This document shows positions 58,137-64,000 of a DNA stretch of 64,000 bases, piece after piece (the stretch's first letter is position 1; every line of letters begins with the position of its first letter). The stretch lies in assembly GCA_017409905.1 (NCBI GenBank), contig JAFQRV010000022.1:4383-68382 (forward strand), read 5' to 3'. The notes below the pieces were generated by a model. The model did not search any database and was not told the DNA's origin. It saw only the letters and a program-made list of their open reading frames with translations. Origin of the DNA: Bacilli bacterium. Lineage in GTDB: Bacteria > Bacillota_I > Bacilli_A > ML615J-28 > CAG-313. The translations under genes and the position numbers were made by a program.

Positions 58137-59174
58137 ATGAATAAAAAATTATTTGAAAAATTATTAAAAACACCATCAATAAGTGGTAAAGAACTATACA
58201 TTCAAAAAATGTTAATTGAAGAATTAAAAGACATTGATGATGAAGTCATTACTCACCATAGTTATAATACTATTCATGTAATTAATAAAGATTCAAACAT
58301 TAAAGTATTATTGGCAGCTCACATTGATGAAATAGGACTAATTATTGAAGAAATTCTTCCAAATGGAATTTGCAAACTAACAAACGTTGGTGCAATCAGA
58401 CCTGAAATGTATGTTGGTCAAAAAGTTAATGTTGCTAAGTTTATTAATAACGAATACAAATATATTCCTGGTGTAATTTGTTATAAAACAAATGGCGATA
58501 AAATATCTACAAAAGATTTAATTCTTGATTTAGGGACTTTCTCAAAAGAAGAAACATTAAAACTTGTTTCAATTGGTGACGTGGTTATTCATCAAGACAA
58601 TGTAACATACCTTGAAAACGAACTAATATCATCTAGAGCTTTAGATGATAAAATTTCAACATTTATTTGTTGTGAAGTTTTAAGACGTGTAAAAAATGAA
58701 ACTACAAATGGTGTATATTTTGCATCAACTGTAGGCGAGGAAACAACAGGAAGAGGATCAACATTCACAACATCTATGGTTAATCCAACAATTACTATTA
58801 CATTAGATGTAGGATCAAGTAATGATGTAGCTTATTATGGTGATAAAGTAAGAGATGTAACACTTGGTAAAGGTCCAATGTTTACAATCGCTTCTAACGG
58901 CAGTGAAATCCTTTGCAATTTATTAAAACAAACTGCGATTAAACATCAAATTCCATATCAAGAGGTTGTTGAATATTCAAAAACTTATACAGACTTTGAT
59001 ACTCTTTACAAACAAAAAGGAGGTATCCCATCCACATTAATTAGTATCCCACTTCGTTATATGCATTCTTCTGTAGAAGTGGGAAGCCTAAAAGATGTTG
59101 AATATACAATCAACTTGTTGGTTGAATTTATTAAAGAGTTAGATGATAAGGTTTCATTCGATCCATTCAAATAA
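58137..59174 (+). CDS. M42 family metallopeptidase (glutamyl aminopeptidase / FrvX-like)
   Basis: 345 aa with LLKTPSISGKE, the metal ligand regions AHIDEIGLII and SRALDDK, and EETTGRGS. Confidence 0.8.
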   Translation: MNKKLFEKLLKTPSISGKELYIQKMLIEELKDIDDEVITHHSYNTIHVINKDSNIKVLLAAHIDEIGLIIEEILPNGICKLTNVGAIRPEMYVGQKVNVAKFINNEYKYIPGVICYKTNGDKISTKDLILDLGTFSKEETLKLVSIGDVVIHQDNVTYLENELISSRALDDKISTFICCEVLRRVKNETTNGVYFASTVGEETTGRGSTFTTSMVNPTITITLDVGSSNDVAYYGDKVRDVTLGKGPMFTIASNGSEILCNLLKQTAIKHQIPYQEVVEYSKTYTDFDTLYKQKGGIPSTLISIPLRYMHSSVEVGSLKDVEYTINLLVEFIKELDDKVSFDPFK

Positions 59175-59177
59175 AAA

Positions 59178-59210
59178 AACTAAAGTGTAGTTTAATACAC
59201 TTTAGTTTTT
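59178..59210. terminator. Bidirectional terminator between the M42 peptidase gene and ORF 59202-59906
   Basis: The stem AACTAAAGTGT/ACACTTTAGTT is followed by T-runs. It overlaps the stop of the minus-strand gene. Confidence 0.65.
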
Positions 59211-59906
59211 ATTTTTTTCATAATTTAACCAAACAACATTACCATATTTTTTTACATCTTTTAGATTAAATTCTTTAACAAAACTCTTCATAAATAATGG
59301 TTTATCATCTGGTTCTGCACAGGCAGAATCCACAACAAGACTCAATTCATCAATTACGTCTTCTTCCATAAAAGCTCCATTAATGATACTTCCACCTTCT
59401 AATAGAATCCTACTAATATTAAAATATTGATTTAATTTAAGTAATGTTTCTCGAACATTAATTTCATTTACTCCCCCAACAATATATGATATACCCATAT
59501 CTTGTAAATAAGTTAAATATCTTTTATCAACTAAATGCGTTACAATCTCTATTATTTCTGCATTATCATACCCTGGATCATGGGCTTCATCAATTATATA
59601 ATTACTCTTCCACCCAAGTCTACCATGAGGGTCAAATGCTAAAGCATAAAACCCTCTTTTTTTATTTACGATATAATCTTCAATTTTGTCAACTGATTTA
59701 TACTTCTTTAGATCAGGATACCACTTATTAGTAAAACTCTCTTCCATCGTAACTCTGCCACATGCATAAGCATCAGCTTTATAGTCCCTATTTATTTGAT
59801 AATATACTTCACATGCTTTTGAAGCTTTATCTCTTCTTAAAAAATCACCAGTTACTTTGCCATCTATCGACATAACCATATGACATATAACATAAGGTTT
59901 ATTCAT
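59202..59906 (-). CDS. RibD C-terminal domain / dihydrofolate-reductase-like family protein
   Basis: 234 aa with VICHMVMSIDGKVTG and LLEGGSIINGAFMEEDVIDELSLVV, typical of the RibD_C reductase fold. Confidence 0.65.
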   Translation of the reverse strand: MNKPYVICHMVMSIDGKVTGDFLRRDKASKACEVYYQINRDYKADAYACGRVTMEESFTNKWYPDLKKYKSVDKIEDYIVNKKRGFYALAFDPHGRLGWKSNYIIDEAHDPGYDNAEIIEIVTHLVDKRYLTYLQDMGISYIVGGVNEINVRETLLKLNQYFNISRILLEGGSIINGAFMEEDVIDELSLVVDSACAEPDDKPLFMKSFVKEFNLKDVKKYGNVVWLNYEKNKN

Positions 59907-59915
59907 ATTTTCCTC

Positions 59916-61670
59916 CTATCTCATTATATAATATAAGGAATACCAATCTTTTCTATCAATTGCATATCTACTTTTCTTCATTATTTCAATTGAATAATTA
60001 AGTTCTGTTCTTTCAAAAATCTCAGTAATTCTTAATTTAAGTATTTTTTCTTTAAAGTCATCAATTAATTTATTTCTATTTGGATAATCCATTTCTAATC
60101 TAACTAAATATAAATATTCAATTGATATTAATAATCTTTCAACTCTTTCTTTATTGGTAGTAAACTCTAATGCTTTATTAAGTAGTCTAAATGATTCTTG
60201 AATAATCTCTTCATTAAACATTTCATGATCAGCATTATCGTATAACCACATGTTATAATTTCTTACATGTTTTTCCCATAAATAGATATATTCTAAAACA
60301 TATTTGCTTGCAACATCTCCATAATAATAAAAGCAAAATTCTTCTATAATCTCATTAACACTTTTCGCATCATCTCTTAATAATCTTGCGGTTAAATAGG
60401 ATTTTAATTCATCAAGATAACCACCTCCACCATATGAGAAGTTTCCTTGCATTAATACTCCTTTAACATTGTTTTTACGATATAAGCTGATGTTTTTTGC
60501 TATTACAAATAAATTAGGAAAAGGCAGCAAATAATTTCTAAAATTAACAGCATAATCCCAAATATATAATCTATTAGTAATTTTACTCCAATTTATTAAA
60601 TCATTATAAAACTTTGCTGTTTCACAAGTGCCATCAATACTCGTTAATTCTTCAATAGATTTTGACCAAGAGCATTCAATATTGCATAATCGAACAATTA
60701 CATTATTATGGGGTTTAACTTTAGTTGGAGCTTTTCTAGAATATTGATAAGCAAATGTATGAATTAATTTATCTGGAAATTCTTTTTGTAATTCTTCAAC
60801 GATTCTATTAACAAAAGTAATAATTGATCCACTTTGAGAATTATTTTCATCATCAATCTTTTTACAATTTTCACATTCACAAGCCATCTTAATAAAATGG
60901 CCCATCCATTCATCTTGTGCAACAGAAAAAATTTTACAATCGGGATTATTTTTAATCCAACTTCTTATTTTTTCCAAACACAAATTAAAAACTTCTTCAT
61001 TTGATAAACAAAGTTCTGTATGTTCTTTTCTTCTCTTATCGTCAATTAGCGAAAAATATTCAGGATGTTCTTCAAAGTATTCGTTAGGATTTATTAAATC
61101 AGAAAATGAATGATGAAAATTATACCACTTAACCTTATTACCATGAATAGCCCCTAAGTTTGCTAAATTACTGTTTAACATATTTTTAGAAGCAAAATTA
61201 GCATCAAATGCATTTCTAAAATATACTTCACGATATTCAAATGAAAAATCTTGAATAAGTAAATAGTCTTTTTTAATTGATAATGAATCTAACTTGTCAA
61301 CCTTTTCACAGTCTTTTGTAAAACATCTAAAACCAACAAATTCCTCTAAAAACTTATATACAGCATATAATATAGCCCTTGAAGAATTTCCTGTTATAAT
61401 TATATCATTATCTTTTTCTATTATTAAAAAAGCTTCTTCGCTTTTTCCTATTAACTTACTTAATTCATTATTATTTCTTGCTCTTCCTATTATAATTTCC
61501 GGACCTCTTTTTAAACATTTGTCAGAAAAAATAGGGATAGGAAACTCTAAAGACTCATATAAATATTTTTGAAGTTCACTACAAGCATAACGTTCACATT
61601 CCGTTGAATTGACACTATGAACAATATGATAGTTTGTTTTTTTATTATCAACAATACTAATTACATTCAT
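59916..61670 (-). CDS. DUF4838-like glycoside-hydrolase-related protein (cytoplasmic)
   Basis: 584 aa with no signal peptide. The N-terminal YHIVHSV...ACSELQKYLYESLEFPIPIF...IIIGR and FEYREVYFRNAF match the remembered DUF4838 pattern. Confidence 0.5.
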   Translation of the reverse strand: MNVISIVDNKKTNYHIVHSVNSTECERYACSELQKYLYESLEFPIPIFSDKCLKRGPEIIIGRARNNNELSKLIGKSEEAFLIIEKDNDIIITGNSSRAILYAVYKFLEEFVGFRCFTKDCEKVDKLDSLSIKKDYLLIQDFSFEYREVYFRNAFDANFASKNMLNSNLANLGAIHGNKVKWYNFHHSFSDLINPNEYFEEHPEYFSLIDDKRRKEHTELCLSNEEVFNLCLEKIRSWIKNNPDCKIFSVAQDEWMGHFIKMACECENCKKIDDENNSQSGSIITFVNRIVEELQKEFPDKLIHTFAYQYSRKAPTKVKPHNNVIVRLCNIECSWSKSIEELTSIDGTCETAKFYNDLINWSKITNRLYIWDYAVNFRNYLLPFPNLFVIAKNISLYRKNNVKGVLMQGNFSYGGGGYLDELKSYLTARLLRDDAKSVNEIIEEFCFYYYGDVASKYVLEYIYLWEKHVRNYNMWLYDNADHEMFNEEIIQESFRLLNKALEFTTNKERVERLLISIEYLYLVRLEMDYPNRNKLIDDFKEKILKLRITEIFERTELNYSIEIMKKSRYAIDRKDWYSLYYIMR

Positions 61671-61718
61671 ATATATACCTCAAATATATTATAACATTTT
61701 TAATACATAATAGTAAAT

Positions 61719-61741
61719 AAAAAACTACGAAAAATCGTAGT
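61719..61741 (-). terminator. Rho-independent terminator after ORF 61750-63135
   Basis: The stem ACTACGA/TCGTAGT with a 4-nt loop is followed by UUUUUAUUU on the minus strand. Confidence 0.65.
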
Positions 61742-61749
61742 TTCTTTTT

Positions 61750-63135
61750 TTAGTTTAATTTTTCAAAATTGACTGAAATAGTCCAGCTTCTTCCACCATA
61801 TCCTTTATATTCATTTGCGAGTGAATTAATTTTGCTCATTGTACCTTGTTTAAACTCTTCTCTTATACTATTTAAGTATCTTTCAACTTCATTCATATCT
61901 TGACGAATTGCATATTCATCTGGACGACCATTATATAAATAGCATGATTGATCAACTTTAATCTTATAAGTTATACGATATCTACATGTTCCAAAATAAC
62001 ATGCATCAACTATTACTTGCACAATTTGTAAATCAATTCCTTGTCCGATATGTTTACCATATGCACTTTGTGAATGCATATATGATTTTAAATTAGAACA
62101 TTCTAATAGTTCAGATTTAAGATTTGCACCACTACTAACAGTTGATGTAGATGAATTAGAATAGTTATTAGAAGATGATGAACTTGTTCCTAACTTTCTT
62201 CTATAAGGTGCACTCGCTACATAGAATGGTAAACCTTTAAAGATAGCATATAATACAAATCCAGCTAATATTATTACAAGTAAGATTACTAATAAAACTT
62301 TAGACACATTTAATAATAAACCAGCTAACAACGATAATACAACCGTACATCCAAAAGCGATTGCTGGTAAAAATTTGCTACTGCTTTCAGGAATATTACC
62401 AAGTTCAATAAATACCATGTAAAAGAATAAATAACCAAATAAACCAACATAAACATATGCTTGATATACTGATTTTAAATATCCTTCTTCTAAACTTCCA
62501 AATGTTTGAACACAAGCAATTATTGAATAAACAACAGCGGCTAGAACCATTAAACCAAATACAATGTTTTTAATAATACAACCAACACGATGTTCTTTAT
62601 GTTCAAAATCTAGAATATCCCATAAAATATGACATACTATTACAACTACTAAACAACCAACATTTGTTACATATACATATGTCAAATCTTTTAAAGCATT
62701 GATGGATAATAAAAACATTAAGCCGCAAGCCGCAACACCAACAACAAAAGCCCAAAAGAAACGATTTACTGATAATAAATCAAATCCAGTATATCTTCTT
62801 AACACTCCTGTTGAAAAACCCCAAATATAAGCAAATAAACCGATACCTTCAAAAATCATATGTAAAGGATAAATAATTAACTTAATAAATCCCCAGGCAT
62901 CACTCAATTCAGGAATTATCGCTGTTTCTTTATAAACTGTAAATTTTGCTATCAATATGTATACTAGTGCAATAACATAATAAATTCCAATACTAGATAA
63001 GTATGCGGTAAATTCTGCACTTTTTTTGGCTAAGTTAACAATTACTAATATAAAACTTACTACATATGCTACATATGCTAATGCTATTAACCACATATAT
63101 AACATTCTTAATATATTTTTTGTTTTAACTGACAT
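61750..63135 (-). CDS. Hypothetical polytopic membrane protein with a Ser-rich linker and a C-terminal soluble domain
   Basis: 461 aa with about 10 TM helices, then GTSSSSSNNYSNSSTSTVSSG, then a 120-aa Cys-containing domain. I recognised no family. Confidence 0.5.
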   Translation of the reverse strand: MSVKTKNILRMLYMWLIALAYVAYVVSFILVIVNLAKKSAEFTAYLSSIGIYYVIALVYILIAKFTVYKETAIIPELSDAWGFIKLIIYPLHMIFEGIGLFAYIWGFSTGVLRRYTGFDLLSVNRFFWAFVVGVAACGLMFLLSINALKDLTYVYVTNVGCLVVVIVCHILWDILDFEHKEHRVGCIIKNIVFGLMVLAAVVYSIIACVQTFGSLEEGYLKSVYQAYVYVGLFGYLFFYMVFIELGNIPESSSKFLPAIAFGCTVVLSLLAGLLLNVSKVLLVILLVIILAGFVLYAIFKGLPFYVASAPYRRKLGTSSSSSNNYSNSSTSTVSSGANLKSELLECSNLKSYMHSQSAYGKHIGQGIDLQIVQVIVDACYFGTCRYRITYKIKVDQSCYLYNGRPDEYAIRQDMNEVERYLNSIREEFKQGTMSKINSLANEYKGYGGRSWTISVNFEKLN

Positions 63136-63211
63136 TTTAAACCTCCAATATTATTTTAATTATATAGCATTTAACTAATATAGTCAATTTTACAATTAAT
63201 TATTTTAAAAT

Positions 63212-63253
63212 AAAAAAGCTAATTTAAAGATTTTACTCTTTAAAAAATTAGCT
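63212..63253 (-). terminator. Rho-independent terminator after the ABC permease gene
   Basis: A long interrupted hairpin, AGCTAATTTAAAGA/TCTTTAAAAAATTAGCT, is followed by U6 on the minus strand. Confidence 0.6.
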
Positions 63254-63263
63254 TTCTTTTTTT

Positions 63264-64000
63264 TTAACGTTTTTCTTTATCGTATGGTTGTCCCTCTGCC
63301 TTAGGTGCTCTTGATTTTTTAGAAGTAAACGCAAGTACTACTAATGTAATCAAATAAGGTAAAATACGATAAATATGAGAATTAATTGGTAATTTAGTAA
63401 GTGCATAAATACCATCACCATTAAAGTCAATATAAGGATATCCTACAGAAATACACTTTAAAGCTCCAAATAATAAAGCAGCAAGTGCAATAGATACCGG
63501 ATTCCAGTTACCAAAAATCATAACTGCCAAAGCTAGGAAACCAAGCCCTGCTACATCACCATTTGATGTACATCCTGCTGCAGTTAAAGCATATATGAAT
63601 CCTCCAAATGCAGCTAGACAACCAGATATAACTGTTCCAATATAACGCATTTTATAAACATTTATTCCTAGTGAATCAGCAGCTTGTGGATGTTCACCAC
63701 ATGCTCTTAAATGTAGACCAAACTTTGTTTTCATCAATATAATTGATAAAACAATATACAAAACTATAGCATACACTGTTGTTAAGAATACTTTATTAAA
63801 TAAAATATTTCCAATCACACCTAATGGATTTTCATATGATGTACCTAATCCAAAATCCTCTTGGAATAACATAAATAAATCAGCAGATGAATATCTTGAA
63901 TTAATATTCAATACATTTTGTTGACTAATAATTAGTATTAAGAATAAAACTAAAGCTGGAGCTAATAAGTTTAAAGCTGTACCACCAATAGTTTGATCGG
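63264..64000 (-). CDS. ABC transporter permease of the BMP/nucleoside-uptake type (NupQ/YufQ-like), 5' end outside the window
   Basis: The frame stays open upstream of the track start (63911, a TTG) to the window edge (...GGTALNLLAPALVLFLILIISQQNV). The motif GEHPQAADSLGINVYKMRYIGTVISGCLAAFGGF is typical of this permease family. Confidence 0.75.
   Translation of the reverse strand, partial: DQTIGGTALNLLAPALVLFLILIISQQNVLNINSRYSSADLFMLFQEDFGLGTSYENPLGVIGNILFNKVFLTTVYAIVLYIVLSIILMKTKFGLHLRACGEHPQAADSLGINVYKMRYIGTVISGCLAAFGGFIYALTAAGCTSNGDVAGLGFLALAVMIFGNWNPVSIALAALLFGALKCISVGYPYIDFNGDGIYALTKLPINSHIYRILPYLITLVVLAFTSKKSRAPKAEGQPYDKEKR

Noticed and set aside
58019-58201. 60-aa minus-strand ORF in the divergent region between the S58 and M42 peptidase genes
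   Set aside because: It overlaps the M42 gene start and its promoter region, and it has low-complexity sequence. It is not credible as a gene.

Overview
A low-GC (about 25-32% by eye) Bacillota-type chromosomal segment using the standard genetic code. It holds about 52 protein genes, and all but four lie on the minus strand. I saw no rRNA, tRNA, CRISPR array, transposase or integrase. The backbone is housekeeping: rnhB, rbgA, lepB, a soluble FtsK-family translocase, metNIQ behind a Met T-box, ribU behind an FMN riboswitch, recX, prfB, secA, hpf, rpiB, ftsZ, a cotJ spore-coat pair, murB-murG-ftsW, murI, nadE and mntP. The cotJ genes and the peptidoglycan genes point to a walled spore-former. 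Four accessory blocks stand out. (1) At 1-7349 a small sigma factor is followed by a tight operon: membrane coiled-coil protein, phage-type holin-like protein, unknown, truncated Mur-ligase homologue, then a leaderless RHS/YD-repeat protein over 1379 aa that runs off the left edge. The ORF track misses this gene because it has no stop in the window. A roughly 30-nt promoter-like motif occurs upstream of both the sigma gene and the operon. I consider this the best candidate for an undescribed system: a sigma-controlled, holin-dependent RHS toxin release locus that carries a peptidoglycan-ligase-like component. (2) At 48190-56820 lies a monocistronic 2876-aa membrane-anchored protein built from two kinds of Cys/His repeats. 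A Wzy_C-type membrane protein and a GtrA gene sit beside it. (3) Two paralogous orphan solute-binding-like lipoproteins flank the murB-murG-ftsW block; one of them is fused to five Ig-like domains. (4) ftsZ is isolated, with its own promoter and terminator and no ftsA or divIB in the window. All functional calls rest on motifs I recognised in the translations. No database search, HMM or statistics were run.
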